From: Lingula anatina
Lineage: Eukaryota; Animalia; Brachiopoda
Assembly (NCBI GenBank): GCA_051362555.1
Contig: CM120642.1
Location: 27,094,001-27,158,000, forward strand
Reading direction: 5' to 3'
Length of the DNA: 64,000 nucleotides
Shown here piece after piece: positions 28,701 to 40,207 of the stretch. The first letter of the stretch is position 1, and the number at the start of each line of letters is the position of its first letter. Made by a program: the position numbers and the translations under genes. The notes beneath the pieces were generated by a model. The model did no database searches and had not been told where the DNA came from. It was given only the letters and a program-made list of their open reading frames with translations.

Positions 28701-31700
28701 GCTATCCACTGGCCGTCAAATATGTGGTGATCAAGTAATGCAGTCTTGTTGGTTTTATGTCGCCTGGGCGGATTGTTTTCGGAAGCCGTACACAGCTGAT
28801 CAAATACATAATTGGTGTCAGCGTGGTCCGTACCCTTAGTTTGACCTGTCTGAGTGCGTGGTTTGGGCGGGTTTCTATATCCTCTCCCTTGCTGGCATAA
28901 CCTTGAAGACTTATCCCGGTGGCCCCATTCACCGCAGGTGTTACATTTGCTGCAAAGGTCTGTATAATGTCCTTTGACACCACATTTGGCACACATGAAA
29001 CCCCATGCCTCACACTTCCTGGCTCTTGCTCTTCTATCGTTTCTTGGTCCATGGGCAAGTCCACCACATGCCCAGCATTTTGGTTTCCCATCAGTTTGAA
29101 CAAGTTGTGATTTCTGAACATTGCTGGCAGCATTAGCATTGTCTCCGACTGCACTCTTGGTCACTTTTCCCTGTTCCTTCTGAGCGATAAAGGATACAGT
29201 TTCCTCTAGCGTCCTGTCTGTTTTAGGGTCACCCAATAAATCTGACATAATTTCTGGGTCAGCGATGCCTCTGATGAGGTTGTCTTTTATGATTTCATCG
29301 CTGTAGTCAAACATATGGGTGCAGCCTTCTTCTTTACATGTGGCTGTATATCGACACAATGCTGCTTGGCCTCTCAGGCTTGCCAAAAATGTTCTAATAC
29401 TGGTTCCTGGAGTTTGAGTCATTTTACTCAGTCGTATGCGATGAACCAGGGTACTCTCATCTTTGACAGCTAGTCTTCTTATGGCAGCTAGGAGGTCTGC
29501 CTCCGCCATATTTGCAACATTGTCTCTAAGATCTCGCATAATGTCTGTGCGTAAGTCTTGATCACAACAGTAAAAGAGGGCGGTTGCTACCATGTTTTCA
29601 GCAATGTTCATACCAGCCTTGTACATGTTCCACTGCCTGGTGAATGCCGACCACTGATCTGGATCAGACCCTGTTGAAATTTGTGGTGGATCCAGCTTGA
29701 GTTTCTGGGGCGCCGGCTGAGTCGGATGGGCAGTCTGGCCATGCATTTGGAGAGCTGCAGTTAAGGCTCCTGCGAAGGCAGCGTCAAGGTCCTGTGACTG
29801 CCAGTCACAACCCACCACAGGACATTGCAGTTGGGGCATCCTGTTTGTTTTGAAGACTCTACAAATAATGGCTGAAAATCTAACTCGGTTATCTACACAG
29901 TGGCAAGGGAAATCTGGTGTCCGTCATAGATAAATATGTATATCTTCAACTTTATTGAACTAATCTAGTTGATGATGGACACCTGGAATGATACATATAA
30001 AGAGCACTATTAGATATCTAGCTAGATATCTTCAAGAGACAAGGAAAATATAATTGGCTGCCAAGCATATCTTAAATTGAAAAAAAGATCAAGTATAATG
30101 CATGTTGTGATAGGGTCCATTTGTCCTATATTCTAACACCACATGATACTGAACTTATCATAACTTTATATAAAAATCCAGAGAAAAATTCAAACAGTGC
30201 TCATCTCTCAATGCATTGGTTGTTCATCTTTGATACTAATCCCCACCCCATCCTCTCCCAGATAGTGAAAATGTATGGTTTTGGTGGAGATTTTGGTATC
30301 TTCTTTCATGAAGATGACCTTGACAATAGACCGAACCAGAGATAAACACAGGACCACAGCCAGTGATTTCAAAGGAGAGGGGTCTTTTTTTTTTAAAGTT
30401 GACCTTTCACTATGAAACCCCTGTGTGCCAAGATCAAATTTTGTCCAGAATGGACCTTTTTCCAACAGAAAAGGCAGTTTTGGTTTGACCCCTCCCCCCC
30501 CCCCCCAAAAAAAAAACCCTTGGCCTGAAAAAAAAAGCATTTAGGATATCAGCAAATCCTAATCAAACATCTTCAGAAAGCTATCAGTGTTAATGACCTC
30601 AATAATCCTACTGGAAACAACTGATAATCATAACCATTTGACAAAACATCTAAACCTGATCAAAGTAATGAACAGCCAAAATGTATTTTACCAGCTGAAG
30701 GATACCTGAAAGATGGAGAGAACATTATCATTAGAAAGTAATTGGCTGTGACCAACATATGATCAAGTTGTCAACTTATTTCTTCTTGCTATATCCTGGG
30801 GCAACTGAGTTAATGGTAGATACATAACAAGCATGAAAATAAACAAGTTATGTTGACTTTTATCCTTTACCTCAGAGAATCCAGACAATACAAGTATTTA
30901 GATTTAGTGCATTGCATTAACTAAGAAAATGCATTAAATCAGAGCTGAGAGTTCAATTTATTTGGTTAGAACATATCTGCTATTTAAAACATGATGCCAA
31001 AATATCCAATCATCTCATACAAACAATGTTTTTCATTCATGTAGGCAAACAAGAAAAAATACAGACACACTCTATATATGGTTGTGACCTATTTCTGACT
31101 ACAGAGAAAAGACCATTTAATTTGACAAACAAGAGTGAGGTAAAAATCCCAAGAACACAATGTCATCAGCAAGTCATAACTTGGGACTTCACCCTTTTCT
31201 TAAGAATTGGCATACCAATGACCCTGTTAAATAAATCCATGTATTATCATAAATAAGGTCATTCAAAATGGCAGCTAGATACAGCCAGTATATATTTTGT
31301 CCCTTTAGGAAATTGTGCATACATTCATCTCTTCTGAAATATTTGTCATATAGATTTTAAAGTAATAAGTAATTATAAACAATATAATCACATGTTGATT
31401 CACAATAGAATAAAATATGCTTGTTTTAAAAAGCATCTGTTTTTTTGAATCTCAAACTGGGACATCTCCTAACTTCACAACTCAAAAGTGAAATAACATA
31501 TTATCCCAAAGCTAGGAGTAAGAGTACATTTGTTGTTCAATGCATGTAACAAATTTCAGTCATTCACGTGCAATGTTTGCTCATTACCGATAAAGATGTT
31601 AACAAATGCATACATAAAAGTTTTTGGACTGACAGTTATGTCAAAATGTTTCCACCTAAGAAGAGAGGGGCCCAGTTCAAGTTCATCCCAGTATTATTCA

Positions 31701-31764
31701 TAGAGTTCCGTATATAATAAGAGGTGATAAACAAAGTGGCGTCTTACCTAGCTCCAGTTGCCAT
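3632..31764 (-). CDS. AFF4: AF4/FMR2 family transcription elongation factor (AFF/lilli-like), 5' part; continues beyond position 1
   Basis: Exons 31764-31748 (ATG GCA ACT GGA GCT AG|gtaag), 9551-9437 and 4363-3632 have GT-AG boundaries and compatible phases. Protein: MATGASSNDREAQREQARLAR...QPLFGIPVK IVREDSTTQQIKNVLGDYDFVQQ, matching the AFF N-terminal motifs (human AFF4 PLFAEPYKV...RIQSMLGNYDEMK), then a Ser/His/Lys-rich disordered region. Exon 1 is inferred from phase and promoter-like context. The paralog symbol is nominal for an invertebrate gene. Confidence 0.85.
4796..5169. mobile_element. MITE with CAGTCTG...CAGACTG termini and 6-bp TSD (copy 1)
   Basis: TTAATA|CAGTCTG ... CAGACTG|TTAATA; internal similarity to the reverse complement of 53945-54297. 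Confidence 0.75.
7057..7313. mobile_element. Foldback MITE, Harbinger/Tourist-like, subfamily A
   Basis: Palindromic along most of its length; 3-bp TSD TAT/TAT; homologous to 21819-22070 and 42224-42480. Confidence 0.85.
9054..9107. repeat. (GT)n microsatellite followed by poly-G
   Basis: Direct reading. Confidence 0.95.
9937..10083. mobile_element. Short palindromic MITE with CAG TSD (Harbinger-like)
   Basis: Arms GGCTCCGTAACTCAAAAGCATCGCAAATTGCGA / TCGCAATGTGCGATGCTTTAGAGTTACGGGGCC (~33 bp, few mismatches), flanked by CAG on both sides. Confidence 0.8.
12934..13119. repeat. Degenerate foldback element
   Basis: GGGCATATTCAGAACA...GACCCACT / AGTGGGTC...TGTTCTGAATGCGTTCC inverted arms. Confidence 0.6.
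15322..15372. repeat. (GT)n plus poly-G
   Basis: Direct reading. Confidence 0.95.
15723..15935. mobile_element. MITE, Harbinger/Tourist-like, subfamily B
   Basis: GGGCCGTTCCCA...TGGGAATGGTGTC, TSD TTT/TTT; reverse-complement homolog of 48840-49054, 59156-59359 and 62093-62308. Confidence 0.85.
16185..16431. mobile_element. MITE, Harbinger/Tourist-like, subfamily C
   Basis: GACCCTATTCCCA...TGAGAATGAGCCC, flanks TTA/TAA; homologous to 61729-61988 and a fragment near 10140-10210. Confidence 0.75.
16738..16798. repeat. (CA)n microsatellite
   Basis: Direct reading. Confidence 0.95.
21536..22101. mobile_element. TTAA-flanked MITE (Kolobok-like) interrupted by a subfamily A MITE
   Basis: TTAA|AAGGATGACAACTCTTCA ... 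TGAAGAGTTGTTATCCCT|TTAA; interior matches the reverse complement of 24197-24533. Confidence 0.75.
21819..22070. mobile_element. Foldback MITE subfamily A (nested)
   Basis: Reverse-complement homolog of 7057-7313 and 42224-42480; TSD TTA/TTA. Confidence 0.85.
24197..24533. mobile_element. TTAA-flanked MITE (Kolobok-like)
   Basis: TTAA|AGGGATATAAACTCTTCGT ... ACGAAGAGTTATTATCCCT|TTAA; purine-starting TIR with TTAA TSD. Confidence 0.75.
24572..24669 (-). repeat. 3' LTR (98 bp, TA...TA termini)
   Basis: Identical to 29927-30024; contains sense AATAAA (24596-24601). Confidence 0.95.
24670..24681 (-). other. Polypurine tract GGGGGAAGGAGA
   Basis: All-purine run on the element sense strand directly abutting the 3' LTR. 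Confidence 0.9.
24944..29839 (-). CDS. Gag-Pol polyprotein (1631 aa)
   Basis: Zn knuckles (CAKCGVKGHYTDLC), protease IADTGCQSSII, RT (DAWNGYH, PWGRYRY, APQG, CVDD), RNase H (TDWS, YAPIEGE, TDHKPL), integrase HHCC (LHAAH...CAHC) and DDE (CCDYF, SDGGPQF, NCRAE); no stops or frameshifts. Confidence 0.98.
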   Translation of the reverse strand: MPQLQCPVVGCDWQSQDLDAAFAGALTAALQMHGQTAHPTQPAPQKLKLDPPQISTGSDPDQWSAFTRQWNMYKAGMNIAENMVATALFYCCDQDLRTDIMRDLRDNVANMAEADLLAAIRRLAVKDESTLVHRIRLSKMTQTPGTSIRTFLASLRGQAALCRYTATCKEEGCTHMFDYSDEIIKDNLIRGIADPEIMSDLLGDPKTDRTLEETVSFIAQKEQGKVTKSAVGDNANAASNVQKSQLVQTDGKPKCWACGGLAHGPRNDRRARARKCEAWGFMCAKCGVKGHYTDLCSKCNTCGEWGHRDKSSRLCQQGRGYRNPPKPRTQTGQTKGTDHADTNYVFDQLCTASENNPPRRHKTNKTALLDHHIFDGQWIARPSKPHPMVLVRMTPLPADHAAFGYPMQDTSTLKPVNMSMIADTGCQSSIIPLKSAMALGIRKEDLLPVKLVMRGAIRENLGVMGGIAVSVSVKDENNHIRTSRLMCYVSESIEKAFLCREALTDLGIIKPDFPSATHITHTASIGPTDEVPCTCPRRREEPPPLPTSLPPGLKALEENVEVLKDWLLDYYGATTFNTCEHQPLPLMKCEPLQLHVDPDAKPVAVHKPALVPIHWQERVFADLERDVRIGVLERVSPNTPTTWCSRMVVTGKADGTPRRTVDLQQLNRHSVRQTHHVPTPFHLANRIPQGVKKTVTDAWNGYHSVPIREEDRHITTFITPWGRYRYKVAPQGFLASGDAYNQRFDAIITDFPNKVKCVDDTCMWANSVEEAFFQACKWLDLCARNGITLNPKKFQFAQDAVEFAGLAITPTNIQPSDKFMDAIRKFPTPTDISGARAWFGLINQGAYAFSMARQMKPFRKLLKPSTKFEWTDELDNLFHQSKEVIIEEMKEGVRLFDPNRQTCLSTDWSVDGVGFFLMQKYCQCTSKTPACCHNGWKLCLVGSRFTHPAESRYAPIEGEALAVAYALHQTRYYVLGCKDLIVATDHKPLVQVLNDRSLTEIHNRRLLNLKEKTLAYRFTIVHVPGKKNPGPDAASRHPAGRPSRMHLPNEPSDSDTISYMTVPPQVTLASLYQDTADTDFADDACTIAAASASLDAANIIVTWDMVRDATSSDATLLALMQYLEKGIPEDCRELPIEIRPYHRHTASLCVVDGVILMGQRIVIPRALRTPILNALHAAHQGISAMQSRAADSVFWPNISVDIARVRDQCAHCHRMAKSNPMQPPSDIKQPDYPFQMICCDYFTYNSKDYVVIVDRYSNWPMAFKAEGGAEGLIRRLRETFVTFGIPEELTSDGGPQFTAGKTQEFLKTWGVKHRISSVANPHANCRAEIAVKTVKRMLADNIAPTGSLDVDKFQKAMLMYRNSIDPQTKASPALIIFGRPIRDAIPIPMGRYSPHETWAELMSHRERALAKRHSREHERWSEHTRILPPLRVGDHVYLQNLVGNYPRKWERTGIVIEVRQHHQYVIKVDGSGRVTIRNRQHLRKFTPFVTSDYFPMIEMALKENTVPEQPTKLVHHEPGDLNLGKKQTHDNPVQVTQPKNPDEPTVPYQDASTPSPLSEEPDLSAPDPSGQDAPTVTKQRTSGGLPRALARLLPHNKPGTTEMLTPSRPSRHSKETDIQETWKPASTRDSS
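29916..29926 (-). other. Primer binding site TGACGGACACC (non-tRNA, putative self-priming)
   Basis: Abuts the 5' LTR, lacks the TGG start, and is complementary at 10/11 nt to LTR segment 29973-29983. Confidence 0.7.
29927..30024 (-). repeat. 5' LTR (98 bp, TA...TA termini)
   Basis: Sense TAGCTAGATATC...TCATTCCAGGTGTCCATCA...AATAAA...TTTATCTA; identical to the 3' LTR. Confidence 0.95.
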
Positions 31765-32280
31765 TTTTATTATCCTTTGTGGTGTTCTTAAACAAACTTC
31801 AAATTAATAAATTAAGAAAGAAGAAAGAAGGCAGCTCCTTTCCCCTTACTAAAGGAGCCATTCTAGTCCGAGCTACATAATGGTGTCCGTAAATTAATCC
31901 CTCTGCCTGCTCTTCAGTTCTGATATACAGAAAGTCTGCACATACAATCCTATAGTGGGTTTACATGAAAATATTTCCCATTACGTTTCCGGTAAATATT
32001 GAGTAATGTAGTATTATAAATACACTTCAAAGTAAAATCAAATTCCTATGCCTTTCGGTACTGTCCCGATAGGTTGTTTACAGTTTGTGCATTTCTTTCC
32101 GCGAAGAAAGAAATCCACATATTATATATTTTTATAGCTTCAAGAAAATGCACCCTGCTTTAGTTTGTAACCTCATACAGTTTGTCTTATTCTGAGTTAC
32201 TTTAAGAGGTTCGAGGACAGTTTTTGTGCAGAATGAGAATAAAATGATATTGCGTATGAATCTAATTTGACCCAGAAAAA

Positions 32281-32320
32281 GTCGGGCCGGACGTCACTCA
32301 CAGACGGGTCACATGACCAG
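32281..32320. promoter_or_regulatory. Candidate AFF proximal promoter motifs (CRE-like GACGTCA, E-box GGTCACATGACC)
   Basis: Locally CpG-rich cluster about 0.5 kb upstream of the inferred AFF start codon; motif match only. Confidence 0.35.
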
Positions 32321-35300
32321 GTTTAATGGGTTCTGCGAATGTGTACTGTTTTAACGATAAAATCGATGTAGGTCTGCACGAATTCTAAATATAAAAATTC
32401 AATCTGTATATCTATAAGTGCAAAGTTGTCAATTTTTGCAAATGAAATATCTTCGGCAAAATTTGCAACTAGATATCCTTTTCTTCTTTCTGTTTGAAAA
32501 AATCACATGTACAATATAAGCCTACAATGTACTGTACATGAGTACATGATTTCATGATTTCATTTGCGTGCTGCAAGTCATGTTCTTCAAGACATTCTGG
32601 ACATTGTTTCAGAAATAAGCAGTTAAGTCTGCATTGTTTAATAAAAGTATAGGGATTTAATATTAGACTCTGATTCTTTTTTCCTGCAGGGGCGTGGTAA
32701 TTTTTTCTTTCTGTCTTTCGTTCTTTATCAATGACATCAATTAGCCTAGAAAACGCATAAGAACAACGTACCCTAAAAACGAACGTCAATAAACTATATT
32801 TGGCAGAAAATAACCCCCTCATGTGCAGAAATAATACACGTCTTACGTATTTTTCTTTTTCCCCAAGACATGTGCACATACCAATCTACATTGTACTAAT
32901 AACCAAGCCCATTACGGAGACTTAAAGAGGGCGATGGCGCATGATTTCTGCAATTAAGTTTCATTGCTTCCTCGTAAATGTGAGCATGGAACGTATAGTC
33001 TTTTCGTGTGCATAAAGAAGATTGCATTTGCCGAAATGACTTTTATTCAGGTTTGCTAATTCAACTATTACAGGTCGATTGTCTTATACCATTACGAGGG
33101 AGCTTCAAAGTTGTAATTCAACTATGTGAGTCGCTTACCACCCCATTGAAATGCAATGTGCCAAAATTATTTTCATGCCCGTTCTTTCTTAACCTCAAAC
33201 GCAAGGAAAACAATAGAATAGAATTCTGTGCTACTTCAAAGTTGGATATAGAAATCAAGAAGGGGTGGATTGATCTGTCCCTCTATCCTTCCCCGATTCC
33301 CCTGGGAAGGACGTCCTTTTACATCCAGGCCCGTCAAATAGTTCACGATTTTGATTGCTAAAAAATGAAAAAAAGCTCACTTGAACTCAAATCATATTAA
33401 TCGGCTTAATAGATCTTAAAAGACAAGGGAATCGAATATTTTGGATCAAAAAGAGGCGATTGATAAGCATTGTACTACTTGAATATGCATTTACACTTCA
33501 TTTATTTTTTACTTAAAAAATCGAAATTCTTGACTGCGCAAAGAGGCTCATAATGGCCAGAAACTATTTCGGACCAAACGTAATGCAAAAAGTGAACTTA
33601 ATAACGCCCCAAAGTCTCTTTCAAAGTGACTCGGTCTTCTGGGCAATATGCCATATGGCCTCCATCACCCTATATCATTTTTCTACGGTACAGTCAGAAA
33701 TCTAGATCAATTTGTTGAGGGTAGTGTAAATACGAATGCACAGCGATGAAGTGAATGATAGGGGTGAGGGGCGAGGACGGGGGGGGGGGGGTGGTGGTGG
33801 TGCAGATTCATTAGTGACAATTAGTGCTTTTCAAATTTTATGTGCGGTAATTAATAGAGATTTTCGAACGCCTCACTCATTCTACCAGGCCTGTTTCACT
33901 TTCCTTTTAATTTGCATTTAGTTACCCATAAATCTATTATTTTGAACATGAAGCCAATTCAATTTCAGAACATCTCAATCAATACTTTATATATTACTAA
34001 TAAAACCATTTTGGAGAATATTATTAACTTATTTTGTTCGTATTTAATAATCAAATAATGTAGCAAACGATGACAAATGGATTGTTAGTTCTTCATTTCC
34101 TTGTGTGTCTGACAATAGTACGGAAGCATGTACAAATTGTTGCGTTTCCTTTTACTGGTCTGCCAAGGCCTGCACATATAGTGATATTTTTCTGCAAGTT
34201 TACCTGAACATATATAGATTTATAGAGTATTTGCAATGATTGGGAACTGAACGCCCTTACCCCTTCCTGAATATAGTCTTTTTTCCTCCTTTTTTTTCAT
34301 AATATGGTTATGATCAGTAGGGTGTTGAAAATACCCTTAACAGATAGACCCTCCAATACTACATGTTCTCCTCTAACTGGAGTATATAATGATCTAAAAA
34401 CAATTGAAAATTGTCCGATTTCATTTTCTGGATTTTTTCATACTCTGATACGGGTGACAAAGTAATGTTTATTGGCTTTAGTTAAAATGATGCTTATTAC
34501 AGACTCAATTTAGTTTTTCTCTTCCCTTATCAAAAAATCATAATCAATTTAAATCACGTGAATGTGTACAAAGGAAGGCAGATTGCATCGTCGAAATGTA
34601 ACGCGCTTTGGTTGAAAAAAGGGTCTACTGAATGATATTGTGTTAGAGGTGACATTTTCTAGAAAAGATAAAGCAATCATTTTCAGTACACATTAAAACT
34701 TGCGACATTGTCACAATGGAGGTGAAACAAATATAAGACCGAAAAAACTAAATTGGCAAATATACTGACACTTAACAGAAAAAAAGTCATATCCATTTCC
34801 TGAAACATAAACAGGTACATTCCAGTAAACAGTTAAGCCCTAATTTCAAAATAGTAAATTTTTCTTGAGTCAACAGCTAATGTTGAAATAGTGTTAAGAT
34901 CCAATATTTCGATGTCTATCTAGAGCATCTTCATCAAGGAATAAGGCTATCCATATTGCACAGCTGATGAAATGATTATCTGAATCCTATTTTCCCGATC
35001 TTTCTTTTTATCAAACAAAGCCAAGAAGTTAATTTCAAATAAAAGAAAATATGGTTTTGTTATAGAGCGAACAGATGTGTCAAACGGCGACGACATACAG
35101 AGATCAGAAGATATTGTGCCCGAAAGGGTTAAACAGAAGTACACTGAGCGGTAGGTGAATCTTGACATTTTCATTTTTTTTAGCATGTAAAGACAAGAAG
35201 CAAGTTCATTATAATAAGCTCACAGAGTACCTACCCAGTGCATATCTTGGCGTTTTTCGTTCCATACATCACCATAAAATACGGCACACGTGTTAAGCTA

Positions 35301-36036
35301 ATGCATCCTCCTTGGCCAGCCTTCCGTTGGATACTGAAAACCTGTCAAAACTGACAGAATACGATGTTTAACCAATCTAAGTTTCTCTCCTCCCCCCCCC
35401 CCCCCTCCCAATTTATTCCATTTTCAAAGGGCGACTACAGTGACAAGTACGGAGTACATGACACGCGCATGCTCACAGGACTAAGGATTTCTTGCAGACG
35501 CAATGCTCCGAGGATGACAAAGCACATTCGAGCTCTGATACTAATGAGATCAAGCAACTACGGGACTAATTGAGGTGCACGCTGCAGTATGTCGGAAAAA
35601 TTGGCGACATTTGGGGGAAGATGGCCCTTTCTATTTCAAGGGCATTTTTTAAAAATCTTTGTAGAAAATCATATTTCGGGGTAGTTATGTTCAAAATTTG
35701 ATTTTTTTTAAAAATGTGTATAACTACACCAATGTACATAGATTTATACCACAGGTTGTATTACACATGGAATCTAAACTTAAAAGCACTATTGGAAGTT
35801 TATGGCTGCCACATGGTAATTTTTTACACAAAAAGAGACGATATTGGACATTCTTTTTTTATGCAACAGTGTACTTCAATATATCAACAAAACACCAGAA
35901 TATCCTCTATTCAATTTTTTTTTATTCCTGATGTATTAAGATACTCTTTTACATCATTCATAGAATTCGGGAAACAGGAAGTCTCTTCATTCTCATGTTT
36001 GTATCATTAATGTTCTTGTTGAGATAATTAAACAGC

Positions 36037-39100
<3,064 letters not shown>

Positions 39101-39116
39101 GTTGGAAGGCTGTACA

Positions 39117-39124
39117 GGAAAAGG
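39117..39124 (-). promoter_or_regulatory. 5' TOP / TCT initiator of RPS3A (CCTTTTCC)
   Basis: Pyrimidine tract 17-24 nt upstream of the ATG, typical of ribosomal protein genes. Confidence 0.75.
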
Positions 39125-39371
39125 TCGAATTGTTGTGTATAAAACAAGGAATCAGTATTGGGCGAAGAGCCCATATGATATCGAAATATTAACCCATCAA
39201 ATAAATGGTGTTCATTTGATGAACAAAAACAATAATCTTTATGTAACCATAATCCCATTAGGCATTCATTTGCATATATATATAACTAAAGTTTCTGCAT
39301 TTATCTCCCTGTGCCAAGCTTTTTCTAATGATCGTCTCAAGCGTACCCAATGTCTTCCGGTTGTCAACAAG

Positions 39372-40154
39372 ATGCAGGGGGAACCACAGCCGGCACAGCA
39401 AAATCAAACGATTCAGGCAGAACTACCAGCATATGAACTGCCGCCTAAATGGATACCATTAGATGAGGTATGTGCAAAACAAATCACCTCTTAATGTGTA
39501 TGGTAACAGTTAGAGTAATCTAGACATGACAGCCAAGTTTAACACTAGTGGAAATTGTATCAGTTCACTTAATGACTTACTGTACTGTATTGAGTTACTG
39601 GCATTGGGTATTGGTACAGTTATCTGACTTGAATTATCTGTGGTAATTTTGAAGCTAAGTTACCAGATTTGTAGTGTTTTACTTGTTCTTTTGTCATGTG
39701 AAAAAAATACATTTAAGTCACTTGAAACTCAAAAACAGTGCAAAATAAAAAAAGCAGCAAACTAATGCCAGTGATGTAAACTGCTATATTTCATGAAAAA
39801 GGCTACCGCTACAACTGTAACTTAATCAGAATAAAGTTACTATATGAGAAAGCAGATATTTGCTTCTAATTTTCTTTGATTGTGTGCAGCAAATTTGCAT
39901 ATTTACATGTTAACATTTGTCATATTAACTCTTATAGAGACAGAATCACCCAGACTACAATAATGATCTCAGGAAGTTTTTGCCAAGAGCTCTGAAACTC
40001 AGAAGAAATAAAACTACAGATCAGGTGATTTCACTTGCATTCAATTTGATTATAGATATTATGCAAATGGCTATTAAAGTTTTGCCCATCACTGGAGAAA
40101 ATGTGTTAACATATACATGTAGATTGTGTATATCCCTGTAGAATAATAAAATTA

Positions 40155-40207
<53 letters not shown>

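Larger units (their letters stand above)
24572..30024 (-). mobile_element. Full-length Ty3/Gypsy LTR retrotransposon (5453 bp), intact
   Basis: Two identical 98-bp LTRs, TSD GATAT (24567-24571, 30025-30029), PPT, single gag-pol ORF with PR-RT-RH-IN order. Confidence 0.97.

Noticed and set aside
25098-29154. Short antisense or overlapping ORFs inside the gag-pol gene
   Set aside because: Expected shadows of a long GC-richer ORF; no motifs, and several start at non-ATG codons.
29900-29926. Conventional tRNA primer binding site
   Set aside because: No TGG at or near the LTR edge and no tRNA 3' end that I recognise; complementarity to the element's own LTR explains it better.
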